Shown piece after piece: positions 13,932 to 27,731 of a DNA stretch of 64,000 nt. This DNA is from Cenococcum geophilum (Eukaryota): assembly GCA_050273025.1 (NCBI GenBank), contig CP158635.1, positions 29,946,001-30,010,000 of the forward strand. The letters are read 5' to 3'. Position numbers and translations under genes: made by a program. Numbering within the stretch: the first letter of the stretch is position 1; the number at the start of each line of letters is the position of its first letter. The notes under the pieces are model-generated. The model made no database searches. It was not told the DNA's origin and saw only the letters and a list, made by a program, of their open reading frames with translations.

Positions 13932-14120
13932 TAGATCCCTTCGTGTGGCAACGATTTCTCGCACTTTTCGTATACGCAAGCCTTTCAAGCCAATCTAGGG
14001 GCTCTATACCGTATATGGCTTGGTGTTAAAGCCTCTGGTCAATGCGATTGCTCGGCTGCAGAGGTGCTAGCGCCTCATTGGTACTTGAATATTGCGGTGA
14101 ACAGCCAGGAAGCCTGTATA

Positions 14121-14979
14121 ACGTCTTAGCCACCCAGACGAGACAGCCACCCACCCGAGACAGTGCACGGACCCCTTACCAAAATTAAAATCAACCCTAA
14201 AATCAACCCTATTATATAAATACACTATAATCCATTAGTAGCTCCTTCTAAACCTTCTTTATAAAGGTAATAACTCCCTATAATACAGCCTTTCTTTCCT
14301 TTACCCTCTTTTCTTTCTGCTCCTTTTAAAGCTTTTTATCGTTTTTCTTTTATGCCTCTACTACTAATAAAACTCGTGCCTTCCTATAGGCAGCTTTTGT
14401 CTTATTGTAATGCTCCTTCTATCTTTTAAAAGGCTCTTAATTTATTTACTTAAGGATTATATTATTAGCTACCGTCCTTAATATAAACTGCCGAATATTA
14501 TATATAACTTAAGAATGTAAAGGTAATATACCTTATAAGAGCTGCCTAAATATTTTAATAAGTCTCTCCTCTATAGAAGGAGACATAGGTATATTAAATT
14601 AGTGGCCATTCTTATCTATAAAGCTTATATAGGAAGGAGCTATTAACTAAATCTTTTTTAAAATAACTAAAGGATTAAATAGTAGAAGGCCAGTTACCTG
14701 CTATATACTTACTATATTAGTTAATAATATAGCTTTATATTATGCAGCTTAGTAATACTTAAGGAACTTAGGCTTAGTAATATTAATAGCTTTATAGAAG
14801 GCGAAGTTATAAAAACGCTTTTAATACATCGGGAAAATATTCGCAGGATGAGATTTAAGTAGACTTTGTTTAGCGCGTTTCGCGTAATTAATATATAAAT
14901 TGACCAACTTGACATATTTAAAAGTCAAATAATACGCAGTTAACCTACTTAACAACTTTAAAAGCTAACTATTACATAT
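14121..14979 (-). mobile_element. Internally deleted Fot1/pogo-like DDE transposon remnant
   Basis: TA+ACGT terminus at 14119-14124. De-RIPed minus-strand ITKPEFLEYYQAAR..AMSPTNIASAWQATGLLPFDP is typical of the Fot1 transposase C-terminus. The second TIR is not seen. Confidence 0.7.
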
Positions 14980-14999
14980 CGGGGGGGGGGGGGGGGGGG

Positions 15000-15992
15000 T
15001 TATTTGGCGCGGTTATGACCCGGATTAATACGAGGTTAGGGCCACCCCTACTAATAACGCGCCCGAACCCCGCACGAGGTCGCGTAGCGACCGCTCCCAA
15101 GTACCCTTGCACGCGATTTTAGGCGAAAAGGTATATAATTTAAGTTTAATCGGTACTTCTGGGCGGTCGCGTAATGTTACTCTAAATTTAAAATACTTAT
15201 ACTATAGTAATCAAGACACTTTAATATAGGACTATACTCTAGTAACTAAGACGCCTTAATATAGGACTGCACTATAGTTACTATAGTCCTATATTAAGGC
15301 GTCTTAGTTACTGCAGTAAAATAACTATTTAGATATTCTTATAAAGCTAATCTAAAGAATACTGGCCTTATAGCTATTCTAGCTAGTTAATAGCCTATCT
15401 CTTATCTCTTGCCGTACCGTCTTCTACGCGCCGTTTTATATCCTTAATTATTCTATAGCAATGGCTATAGAATATAGCCTCGCTATTAACCTACTAGCGC
15501 GCCCCCTAGCAGTAATTAAGAGCTTTAATTAACGGCCTACCTACTAGCCCTAAAGTCCACTTAACCCAGAGCTAGAATACTAAATTACCGCCCTAAAGCA
15601 TCTTATATTTCCTTAGCGGCGCCTATAAGTTAAGGATAAAAGGGAGAGGTTAAGCGCTAGCTTGCGGTAGCTATAGTAGGGGTATAGTAAAAGCTTACGG
15701 CTACTGCTATGGGGGTATAGTAGACGTTATGGTAGACAGCTAAGTAGGTTTTACGGCAGTAAATAGTTAAGAACCCCTTAGTATCTCCCTAGGGATTAGA
15801 TATATAGAAGAAGGTTTATCTAAAGACGGAATTTAGCTGTTAATGCGTTTAGGAACAAATGTGGGTATAGATATAAAGCTGTCTAAAGTTAGACGTATGG
15901 ACTTTATAGGCCCTATTTAAATACCCGTCTTCCCTTACTAGACCTATATAGGTATAAAAATGCTAATAACCTTTTTATCTCGCTAAGGCGTT
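15000..15992 (-). mobile_element. Crypton (fungal tyrosine-recombinase transposon) 3' part with GCR1_C-like domain
   Basis: De-RIPed minus-strand YKMLRGGNSVFQLWVEWTLGLAGGPSIEALDHCWGARWR..EAMFYS.R.RII at ~15330-15610. Left boundary is uncertain (20-G run at 14980-14999). Confidence 0.75.
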
Positions 15993-18900
15993 TGTAACGA
16001 AGCCTTGTAGGAAATACTACAGTAGACTTATTAATGGGCTGGGTATATAGGTATAGAATAGTCAACAACATAAATATAACTAGTAGAGTAGTTGCCTAAC
16101 AGATTAACTCTAATTATATTCTAAGATTTACTATAAAGAAGAGAAACTATTTACAGAGACCGTGCGTCCTTAAATATATAACTCCTCCCCATAGTAAAGG
16201 TTTAGTACGTTAGTACGTTAGTACGTTATATTCCCACGTTCCCACGTTTCTACATTCTAAACTTATAATATAACTAGCCACGTAACTTAGCTACCCCTTA
16301 TCCTATAGCTTAATTAGTTCTAGTGCCTCCTATACTATCTTAACTAACCTATTTATATCTATTCTTAGTAGTTGTACTACTGCTAATATAAGGTCCATAA
16401 CACCATCCCCCTCCTCTTTATCTTTGTCCTTAAAGATATCTCCTATCTCTAAGTCGTTTATTAGAGGTATAGCATTCCCACTTCTAATTTAATAACCTTT
16501 ATTATTCCTAATGCCTCCTATTAGATCCTCTATATCTAATTATTATAATTAGCTAGTAACGTTTATTCTTTCCCTTAGTAAAGTTATACTATCCTATTCT
16601 TATTATACGGAGAAGAAGTTAGTATATATTGCGATTACGGCTCTATTTAGTTACTAACCTTCTTTCTATACCAAGTATACGTAAGCGAATATATAATTAT
16701 CCTATAATATTTAATCTGTTTCTAACGCTAAGTATATATATCTTATTATTTCTTATAACTATCTAGTTCCTTATCTAATCTATTTTAGGGTTTTGCGTAT
16801 TAGTAGCGGCTAAAAGACTAGAGAGTAAGCTGGCTAAGGCCCTTATTAAGGTTTAGCGTCGTTTTAATAAGGCGTCTTAGGCTCTAAAAGCTTAACTAAA
16901 TACTTATACTTGCCTAAGCCGTCTAATAAAGGTCTATAAAAAGGTACACTTAAAAGAGCTATGTTTAGTAGAGTAAGGTCTATTTAAACTTAAGGCTAAG
17001 GAAGCTAAAAAGAATTTTAATTAAGAAGAGGCGGAAATAGCTTATATGCTGGTAGTGGATCCCTTAGGTAATCTAGCTCTTTTATTACCCTTAACTAATT
17101 CCTTTATCTTTAGCTCCTTTTTAATATTACCTAACCCGTTTTCCTCTAATACTCCTATACCTTTCCTATAGCATTTTTTTAAATTCTATAGTAGTTCTTA
17201 GGTAGTCTTATTATAGCCTATCTACTTAACCTTATACTATATTTTATCGTTAACGTTTTCGTAACTAATAATTTTTAAAACTTACTATTTATCTTTTTCT
17301 TATTCTCTATATGTATCTACTTTATAACTTAGTAGCTTAATATTCCCGTATACTAACTCTAGCATTATAATATACTATATAGGGTAGATCTTTATCTTAA
17401 CTGGTAAGTTTAACTTAAATATAACCAGTAAAAATTTTAATATAATTTTAAAAGGTTTTAGTCTAATATAGTCTAACTTCTTGCTTAGTTATTAACTTTT
17501 AAAATTTTTATATAGTAGCCACACTTTATCCCCTTTCTTAAGATCTAGTCCCTTAGATCTCCTAGCGTTATAGTACCTTTTTATTTTTTCTTATACCTTT
17601 TTTGCTAATTCTATAAGGTCTATATAAAGATTTATTAATATCTTTATTCTTTCTTTAGCTATGCTATTTATTTTCCTTACTTATTGTAGTAATAATAATG
17701 TTTTTAACTTATATCCGTAATTTGCCTTAAATAGTAATATGCCTATTCCTTCTTATAGTATTATATTATATGCAAATTATATAACTAGTAATAGTAATAC
17801 CTAATTATTCTGTATATAATTAATATAATATCTTAGATACTACTTTAGCGTCTAATTTAATCTTTCTATTTATCTGTCCGTCTGCGGATAATATATAGTA
17901 GAAGTTACTACTCTAACTCCTTATTCCGCTAAAAATACCTTTTAAAATACTATTATAAATCTTAAATCTCTATCTAATATAATCTTACTTAATACTTTAT
18001 GTTTTATAAATACTTCTTTAATATAAATTCTAGCGACATCTTCTGCTAAGATTTCTTCTATGCATGCTATAAAGTAGCCCTATTTAGTTAATTTGTCCAC
18101 TATTACTAAGATTATATTATACTTCTATCTGGTAATAGGATCTCTTAACTTTAGTAATTTGATAATAAAGTCCTATAATATAACCTCTTATAGTCTTTTT
18201 AGTATTTTAATAGATTATAGCCCTCTATATAGCTTATACCTTATTAGTTTATTCCTTTAATAATTTAGATACTCTTTTATTACTTTCCTGGCTATACCCT
18301 AAATTCCATTAATAATATATTCTTCTTAAAGTCTTAACACTAAGCCTATTGCTCCGTTATGTCCTTAAGTTATTCCCCTATAGAAATCTTCTACGAAATA
18401 CTCTACTATACTCTTTAGGATATACTTCACTTTTTAATTTTTGTATATATCTATCTATAGATCTTTTAGCTATACTTCTAGAATTTTTTATACCTAAAAG
18501 CTTTCTAGTGTCTTATAGACTTTTTCTAGTTCTCTATCCTCTTAAGTTGCTGCTAGCTTAGGGTAATTATATCTAATTAATCCGTCCTTATATCTGTGTA
18601 GTATTACTCCTAATAGTTTTTTTTATTATTTTATAGTTTAGCCTTTCTGCTTAGCGCGTCTGCTCTTACGTTTTTAGTTCCTTTAGTATACTAAATCTTA
18701 AAATGGTATTTTATAAGCATCTCCACCTATCTAACCTATCTGCGATTAAGTTCTTTATTATTAAGAACCCTATTAGGTTCTTATAATCCGTTTTAACTAT
18801 AAATAGTTTTTCTACGCCTTATAAGAATGCTCTCTATTTTTTTATGCTATAATTATACCTAATAACTCCTTATTATAGATATTATAGTTTAACTTTAATA

Positions 18901-21200
18901 GTATTATCTTCCGACTATAATATACTACTAAATACTATGTATTTTTATACTTCTATAGCAAATATACTCCTAGTATAAAGTCTAATATATCTATTTCTAT
19001 AACTATATCTAGTCCTAGTTAATAGATCTTAAAGATTAACTCCTAGGTAAACAATTCCTTAAGTTTCTTAAATAACTTCCTTTATTTATCTCCTTATACC
19101 TATAGTTCCTCTTTCTTTATAAGCCTAGTAAATAGTTTAATATTCTTTAACTATTATACTATAAACCTCCTATAATAGTTGCAAACCCCTAAAAATAACC
19201 TTAACTATATTATATTCTCTAGTTCTTACTAACTTACTATAGCTTTAATTTTCTTTAGGTTTATACTAATATAACCTAATTTAATAATAAATTTAATAAA
19301 ATCGGTCTTCCTTATAAAGAACTTATATTTTTTAATTGCTACTAATATCTATTCTTTTTATAGTCTCTTTAAGACCTATTTAACGTATTCCCTATATTCT
19401 TCCTTAGTTGTTAAGTAGATAATAATATAATTAAGGTATACCATAATAAACTTATTAAGGTGTTCTCCTAATATACTATTAATTCTTTTCTAAAATATTA
19501 CTAGTGTATTTGTTAACCCAAATTATATTACTAATAGTTTATATAGTTCTTCCTTTAACCTAAAGGCTACCTTCTATTTATCGCCTTCCTTAATTCTAAT
19601 CTAATGGTACGCCTATCTTAGATCTATCTTTATAAAGATTTGCGCATTACCTATCCTATCTTAGATTTCGCTAATTAAAGGTAAAGAATACCTATCCTTC
19701 TAAGTAATGCTATTTAACTACCTATAGTTAATATATAGCCTAAGTTTTCCGTTCTTCTTTGGCATAAACAGTACTAAATAACCTGCTAATAACTATAATG
19801 GTCTAATATATCCCTTTTATAAGTTTTCCTAGATAAACTCTTTAAGTACTTTTAACTTCTTTTAAGTAAGCTTATAGGTTGGAAAGAACCTTAAACTTAT
19901 TCCTAGTTCTAACTCTATTTTATAGTCCTATATTATATAATTTACTAGCTTCTTACTTTCTAGGCTTTATAGTTTTTTGCCATATTTATAGTATCTCTTT
20001 AGTATATAACTTAAGCCTCGCTTAGTCTCCTTATATACCGCTCTAACTTAGTACTATATTATCTTAGTTTGTTATCGCATCTTACGTTATTAAGTATCCC
20101 TAATATTAACCTAACCTATAATCCAATTAATCTTTAGATTATATTTTTATAACTAAGGCATTTTTAATACTACCTTATCCCGTCCTAATAGTAGGATATT
20201 AAAAGATATCTTAATTCGTCTTTCTTTAATGGTTATTTAAATAGGTCCTATTTTAAGGTTAATAATCCCTCCTCTATAGGCTATTAGATCTTCTAAAATT
20301 ATAATTAATAGGTAAAGTTATTCCTTCTGTCTATAAGGTAATCCTATTCTTTTAACTACTACTAGTAAGATATAGTTCCGTATTACTTTACTATCTATTA
20401 GCATTTTAAACTACTAATCTTACTAATTAACTCGTAAATTTAGATATTATCCTTAAATTCCTTTAAGGGTCTAAGGCTCTACTGCTAGCTCCCTTTAGTT
20501 CCGTAGGCCTCTACTTTTCCTAACTATTAGCTATTTAATCCTATTATACTTAGCTCGCTCTTTAGCTAATATCTAGTTCGCTTTTTATCCTCTATATACT
20601 ATAGACACGTATTTTCTAGGCATTTCTACTACTATTATCCGTTTAAGCATTCTTCTATAAAGAATCTTTTTAGTTAAAGTATTAAGTCTCCTAACTCCTA
20701 AACTTCTATTAAATACTATCCGTATATATATTTAGCATTTCTATATTATTACTTATCTAGTGCCTAATATATCCTTATAGGGTATTTCCGGTTTTTCTCT
20801 TTTGGATTTTTGTGTATATTATATATATTATCTATATATATAATCCATAATAGCTATAATATACTAGGTGCTTTAGGTTAACTCTTAACTTATTTTTATC
20901 TTTAAGTTTAAACCTCTGTTGTATTAATCTAAATGTTATAACTTTATTTATAGGTACTAAAATTTACCTCTCGCTTTTCTAGTCCTCTAATTATTTCTTT
21001 AGATCCTTTAATATTATAATTAAGGCTCCCTTAATATAACTTATAGCTTTTTCTATAATAGGGTAGTTCTAAATAACTTGCTTATCTAACCACATATAGA
21101 AATCTTCCTACTTATTATTATGTTGTTGCCTATACTACTTTTAATATAGCTGCTAAAGTGTATACAGCTTATCTATAAGGAAGTATCTTCTTATTACTAT
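15993..21200 (-). mobile_element. Ty3/Gypsy family A, 3' half: 3' LTR 15993-16402, accessory region, chromodomain, integrase, RNase H, RT, protease
   Basis: LTR tgtaacg..ccataaca followed by a polypurine tract complement. De-RIPed RT motifs (LRLCIDYR, YLDDIII) and integrase motifs. Collinear with 53890-64000. Confidence 0.9.
16530..17100 (+). pseudogene. Antisense accessory gene of Gypsy-A with Zn(II)2Cys6-like cluster and intron (RIP-damaged)
   Basis: From 16595 six TAT codons (RIP products of TGT) are spaced x2-x6-x13-x2-x8. Intron acceptor ttttag ends at 16788. Homologous to 54387-55015. Confidence 0.6.
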
Positions 21201-21336
21201 ATTGTGACAGCCTTTTATATACCGTTCTTTAAACCTAATAGGGATTTCTAGATCCTCCTTATCTTCTAGTTTAGTAAGCTACTTAGCTCTTAACATGCCT
21301 ATTCTAGGCCTATTAGTAATTCTTTATATAGGTACT

Positions 21337-24300
21337 TGTCAGATAATCTATATTCTCTGTGGCGTAGGACGTGCACGAGTCACGTGCATTGTAAATATCT
21401 TCGTCTAAGCCCAGGGGCCCTAGGTCAATCACTCATCAAGACACGATCAAGATCATCAATTAATCAACCCATTTCATCAATGAATAGCTATATATGAACT
21501 ATCTGACAGTTATAAGCCCGGTCCGCCGACACAAGAAGCTATTCAGCTATTACTCAATCATTTGAAGAAATTCTACCTCATCGTTAGACTCTGACACCTC
21601 ATCGTTATAAGACGACCCTAATCGAAATCCTACCTCAATTGTCACAGGACGAGATTCCACGAGATTCCACGAGATTCCATAAGACTCCACCTTAATCGTC
21701 AAAGGACGATCCTAATAATAAGGACGATCCTGATAACAAGGACAATCCTAATAACAAAATACCATCTTAATTCCTCCTTTGCCTATCAGTTAAATAACTC
21801 CACCGACTACCTTATTAAATACGATCATCCTCAATAAGCCAAAAGACTGGGAATAATGGCTATGGTAACTCCGAGCCCTCGTAAATCAGCAGATTTGGGC
21901 CCATATTAACCCAGCCACAAAAGCACCTTAAGAAGGTCTACTTAAAAAACCACCTTATCTAAAGGTTATAGATTTTAATAAGAATGTAACCTTATATACA
22001 TAGCTCTTGACAAATTAACAGAGGGCGTATAAGAATAGTAGACGATACTATAACTAGGATATAAAGTATTTCCTAAAATAAGAAGAGCACCTTTAACAGA
22101 TCTGCGCCTAAATTACGTCCACAGTATTAATTTAGAAGAAGCTACTACTTAACCCTTCCTTAATAGTTAAAGAATAGCTATCTTAATTAAAGGAGAACAT
22201 AGAACCTACCTTATCGTTTATTAGAAAGAAGGTATAATACTAATATACGAAAGCCCTCAAGGGGTTTAAACACTTATTAAAATTAAATTAGTGGTTAGAT
22301 TAATAGGAATATATAATAGTACTAAGAGAGAAGTATAAGATCCCTTAAATATCCGATAGAATCTAGCTTTAAGAATTAGCAGAAGTTATTTAACCTTTTA
22401 GCGACGCCTACTATATAAAGTATACTACTAAGTTAAATAACCCTTAGAAGTTAAGATCTTTTAAATATTACAGAGTAGCAAAGGAGCTGTAAGAAGGACT
22501 TAGAATACCCTTAAAGAAAGCCAATACTACTATAAGAGGGAGTACCTTTAATGTAGACTTTGCAGAGTAAGCTATAATAGATCACTTTAATACTACTAAA
22601 GGTCTAGGGAAAGGAACCTTAGTATATACTAGACGCTTAAAGAGAGCCAGGTCACTAGTAAATAAGGAGACATCCTATAAGAAGCTATTACCTATATACT
22701 TAGCATGCGAGAAACAAGAACATTCCCTTTAAAACTATTAATATTTATTTAAAGACAAGAGACCTAAAGGAGTTATAATTAGAGATACTCGCATTAAAAG
22801 GGTGCTAAAGAAGGTAGAAAAGAATAAGGATCTCACTAACTAAGTTATAAAGATTAAACTTAAAGAATAAAAAGATAAGGCTTAATAATAACAGAATAAG
22901 AGTTAGGAAGTTAAGATTAAGGGAGAAGCTAATGCGATATTCCTAGAATTGTATTACACCAGTTAACACTATCTACTAAAGCTATTAACCATTCTTAACT
23001 TAGAAACTACTCTCTATATCTTTAATAAGCTCTCTTATTTCTATAACTTTAGGAAAGCTTTAAGACACGAATATATTATTGCCGATAGCTTAGAAGTGCC
23101 TATACTAGGCTACGGCAACGTTACTATCTAAGTTACAAAACTATACAAGAGTAAGGGAATCCTATATCTTAAGGACGTTGCCTTTTATACGGACTTTAAC
23201 ATAAATCTAGTGTTGTTCCGTCTACTTTAAAAATAAGGATACTACTAGGATAATAAAGATAATAATAATCTTCTAGTTTAGAAGGATAATACAATCCTAT
23301 ATTAAATGGAAGAACGTTATAAATAATAGACTATTAAATACGTCTAACTAGGAAGTCTATTAGCGTTTAATATAAGCTAACTGCTACGCCGCTAACGGAA
23401 GCGCAGAGTATTATTAAGAGACATTTATCTAGATGTAAAAGGTAATATATAACTATAGTATTTACGTCTAGGTTATCTAGGACCTATAAGCCTTTATTAT
23501 TTAGGTATTAACGCCCTAGGAGTTAAGCTTTAAGGCCCTAAGACAATAGAATATTAATACTGCAGCCTCGCCAAAATTAAGCGTTAGGTCTTACGAAGGT
23601 TCTTAAAATAGAAAATTAATAAACCCTATTTTAACCTCTATATTAACTAGACTAACCTTAAGGAAGCGCATGCTGGATTTATATAAGTTATACTTATCCA
23701 CAACACTTACTTAGGAAGATCCTTTCCGTACTTTATAATAACGCATAGTAAGAAAAAGGAGACACTATAAGTGCTTAAAGATTTTATCTAGTAGATTCGT
23801 TTAAGGTATAACATTAAAGTTAACACTATTAGATTAGATAACGAGCTAGGGAGAAAAAGAACCCTTAAATAGCTATAGTCCTAAGGGATTATATTTAAGC
23901 CTTTAGCGCTACATACCCAAGCTTAGAATGGTACCACTAAACGCTTAGGGGGTATAATTATTAAGAGAGTATATATAATAAGAATTGCTACTAATCTACT
24001 ATATAACTTATAGGACGAGATTATTAACTATATAGTTTACCTTTAAGATTAAACGCTACGGGAAAGCAATAGATGGAAATCGCTATATAAGAGGTTCTAT
24101 ACCTTCCTAGCTAATAGGAGATTAAGAAAACCATAACTAACGCACCTAAAAGCCTACAGCTGTAGGGCGTACGCGATAACGTTAAACGCCTAGCTAAAGA
24201 AGAAAAGGCTAAGCAAACTAGATCCGCGAGCCTATATTAGCTACCTTGTTAGCTATAACTCTACTAATATCTATAGGATCTAGATCCCATATAAAGGTAT

Positions 24301-25107
24301 CGTTATCTCTACTAGGGACGTTATCTTTAATAAAAAGACGTTTTTTAACGGCAAGTAAATAGATATCTTAAAGGATCTATACGCCAAATTAGATACGCTA
24401 ATTAAGAAGATTTAACTACCTAATACCTAGACTAAGAATAAGGTCCTTCTGAAAGACGATAAAGAAGTATTTAAACCGTTAATTTAAGAGGAAGACGATA
24501 ATATTAATAAGCCAGTTTAAACCTTTAATAAGTTAGCAGACCTTAAACTTATAAGAGCTCTTAAAGACGTATATTATACACCACCTCCAATAAAAGAAGA
24601 CGAAGAATCTCTATATGCCTTTTACATTAAGTATCCTATAAAGTCAAATATATAAGATACTAATTAGAATATTATTTAACAAATAAAAGATAGGTTTTAT
24701 ACTTAGGGGGTGTTTAATAACTTAGTTAAAGACTTATTTAAGGAAGCCGGCGATAATAGGTTTAAAGACTTTGTTACTAAAAGGATTACTTTAGCCTATT
24801 ATAGCGCCTTCTTAGTAGGAAGGAAGTTTAACCTTAATAGTTAACTTAATAACAGTAAGCTAAAATTAGGCAGAATACGTAATATCAAACTATAGAGGAA
24901 AAACTTACCTCCTCTACCTTAGTTAATCTAGGACCTTAATATATACCCTCTTTAAGATTATTTCTAAGAGGCTTAACAAGCCCACCTCTAATCTCATTAT
25001 TAAATAAGGTTATTTTAAGAAATAGATAAGAAGTACGTAAAGGGATAGTAGATCCTTAGCTTAATATAGGTATTCGTCTATAAGACGGATAAGTACAGAT
25101 TCCTGGC
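21337..25107 (+). mobile_element. Ty1/Copia retrotransposon, 3'-truncated (5' LTR 21337-21508, gag, protease, integrase, start of RT)
   Basis: LTR has inverted termini tgtcagata..tatctgaca, then GTTATAAGCCC. De-RIPed WHLRLGHPG, QNGTAERSG, LKAYGCRAY, KLDPRAHIGYLVGY and WVFVYKTD motifs in Copia order. Confidence 0.9.
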
Positions 25108-25349
25108 CAATTAGACAACTTTGACCGGCGGTTGAAGTTCCTTGATATCTCTTTAACTACCTATATGGAAAATAAGCAATATACAGAGTTTTAGCCCTAT
25201 AACCTTAATTTAACAGTAACAACTATTGACCAGAAACGATTCCAAAGAGGTCGAGCTATTTATACACGAAGCTTACTCAGGAGTGCTATTAGGCTGATAG
25301 TTAGAGACACCTGAGCTTCTGCCACATCTCTATGTTGTAGGCAAGAACC

Positions 25350-26546
25350 CAGTGTGTCCAACAGTCAGCTAGCTGCGAGCTTCAGCTTTTATAGCTGACT
25401 GACTGCGTCAATTGGACCGCTCGCTGTCCGCTGACTGCAAGGTAAGGTACGCTGACTGTCACGCTGTCAGCTAGCTGTCCCAATTAGGGAAGTGATATAG
25501 ACTTTATGGTGTTTCATTGCGGATTTTTGGCAGCACCTCTCTATGTACAAATATTAACGTTGCCCAATTAAATCTAACCCTAACTCACCCAATATAGTAT
25601 TCAAATATAGCTAAATTCGTCCTGCGCACCCATAGATGTTTAAAAAGGTAAAACGTTTGGTGGTGACGTTAGTGGCAAGGTTAGAAAGAAGGCATTAGTA
25701 AGGGCTCTAGAGGCTCTATTTCTATGTCAGATTTGATTGAATACGAAGCTCTGTTAAATGTATCTTACTAAGCTAGCTTTTCTGCCTTTGTAAGTAAAGC
25801 ACCTGGTCTTTAAGCTAGATGGCAGAGCTTACACAGCCAGAGCCTTTTTTTGCCTAAAGGACCGTCCCAAAAAAGGTCTGCTCTATGCTTCTATATTAGT
25901 GATATAGGAGCTTTACTTAATAGCAACCGCTTATTAATAACCCGGTATCCGTATTTGCCGGTAAGCTTGCCGTATATTGTTAGGTAGAGATTATCCCAAT
26001 TAATAGGAAAGATATAGCCATAGTTCCGATTTGCTAGAGGAGGCTCTCGCGATATAGAATTATCTTAATCGCCCAATTCGGTATCATCGTTAGTTAGAAG
26101 GCAGTTAATCTATAAATCCTACGCGGTGCTAAAGGAGTTAAATAACGCGTAGATTATAAATTAAATAAGGAAGAAGTAGAGGAGGAAGTAGATAAAGAAG
26201 CTCTACTGCCTAGCTAACGCGTGAAATGTAATGTACGTTGCATTTTATATAGGTAATAAAATGGTAAGCTTTAGTATGGGTTTCGGCGCGTAATAGAGTT
26301 ATTAGGGAAAATGCTTTATTTACTATGGCTAAGCGAGAGATTCCTATAGGGTTCCTATTGCTTGGCATATAATTAACTAACCAGATTATCCAATTATCCT
26401 TAACTTCTACCAAAGCTTTAACCTACCACTAAATCTTACCGCCAAGACAGCGAGCTGTCAGCTAGCTGCAGTCTTATAGCTGACTGCTTACATTAGCAGC
26501 CTCTTGGCAGCGAAGCTGACAGCGTCGCTGACTCTTAGACACACTG
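25350..26546 (-). mobile_element. Internally deleted non-autonomous hAT (CAGTGTGTCCAA-TIR family)
   Basis: TIRs cagtgtgtccaa / ttagacacactg. 8-bp TSD CAAGAACC at 25342-25349 and 26547-26554. Subterminal gtcagc/gctgac repeats. Confidence 0.92.
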
Positions 26547-27040
26547 CAAGAACCTTTATACCCGTCACCTATTTCGTGTCATGGTTTAGATCGTGCTGCA
26601 CTAGAGGAATATCTTAATAGTCAGCGTGCCTTGATAGCTAAGCTAGCGCGACTACGCCAAAAGGAAATAAGTTAACCAAACCACTAGCTAATTTAGTTAA
26701 TCGCGCCTTAGTGAGCACACTATTGTCTTCTAAACACTTGTAAAAAAGGTAGAGTTCAACCAAGGAATAATTCGTAGCTTCGTAAACTCAACAGTAGTAA
26801 GAACATTAGTCAACAATCACAAGGGGAGAGGACACCCGTGCTCTGTAAGGATCATTCCGATCCATGGGCCACGGGACCCCCTCGGAGGTCCCTCGGTACC
26901 ATAATCCCCCCTCGCCCGAATCCTTTCTCCCTAAGGATTCGTTCTCTCTCCTACCATATACTATCCTGTACCCCCCTTCTAGCCTCCCTGTGCCCTGCTC
27001 GTGACTTCCGCCCTCACATGCTCTCACTCGTTCCAATCGA

Positions 27041-27328
27041 TCACATTCTGTAGAGTTCAGAACCTCCGTACTTGGTGGGTTCAGGGGACCCGGCTCCGTA
27101 GCCATAGAGATGTTGTCCTTGACCATGTCTGCCACAGTCGTAAAAATGGCCAACAGGTTGATCCCATGTGAAGCCGCAATTAGGAGTATTGCAGATGTAA
27201 CTCTCTTGAACTCGATAGAATTTGCCGCAAGGTTTATGGCCTCCCCAGCCCAAGACGCGTACCTGGCAGTACATGTTTATTGTTTCAGTGACCGTTTTGT
27301 CTAGATGGTAACAACCAGGTACGACCAT
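27041..27328 (-). CDS. Small 95-aa Cys/His-rich hypothetical protein, possibly metal-binding, no signal peptide
   Basis: Intact ORF in GC-balanced, non-RIPed DNA. Good start context acaaaATGG. TATA-like run about 85 bp upstream. Pattern CxH..C-x12-C..C-x4-C..CxxH. Confidence 0.65.
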   Translation of the reverse strand: MVVPGCYHLDKTVTETINMYCQVRVLGWGGHKPCGKFYRVQESYICNTPNCGFTWDQPVGHFYDCGRHGQGQHLYGYGAGSPEPTKYGGSELYRM

Positions 27329-27731
27329 TTTGTAATTATATGCGGGTCCGTCAATCCTGTGGCAGATTAGTACGGTGTTCTTATATATGTTAGGGACACT
27401 CCAAGGGTCTATATATATACAGTGTTCTCGCAGGACTCGTCAAAGCTTTTAGATAGCACACCACGGGCGGGATCTAGCCGATAACGATGATGAAGGGAAA
27501 CGAGCACCGAGTTGCGCTAGGCAGCAGGTTTATCTAAGATGGCGCAAACCGATCACGCTTACATGCTTACAGTATGACGTGGATCCAATGGAGTAGGCGG
27601 GATGCTTATATCTGGCGCTATGCTAGATGCGGAAAAGTAGGTACTTAGACACTTTGTCTGCTGACCAGAGCGCAGCTGCGCTCGAGGATCACATGCAGTT
27701 CGATGTGGCTGTGCATGACAGGATCGGCGTC

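Noticed and set aside
14980..14999. 20-G run as a functional G-quadruplex or telomere
   Set aside because: A simple homopolymer at a transposon junction with no supporting context.
26806..27304. Alternative ORFs of 115, 71 and 64 aa overlapping the small Cys-rich gene
   Set aside because: Shadow frames. The 27041-27328 frame has the better start context and motif pattern.
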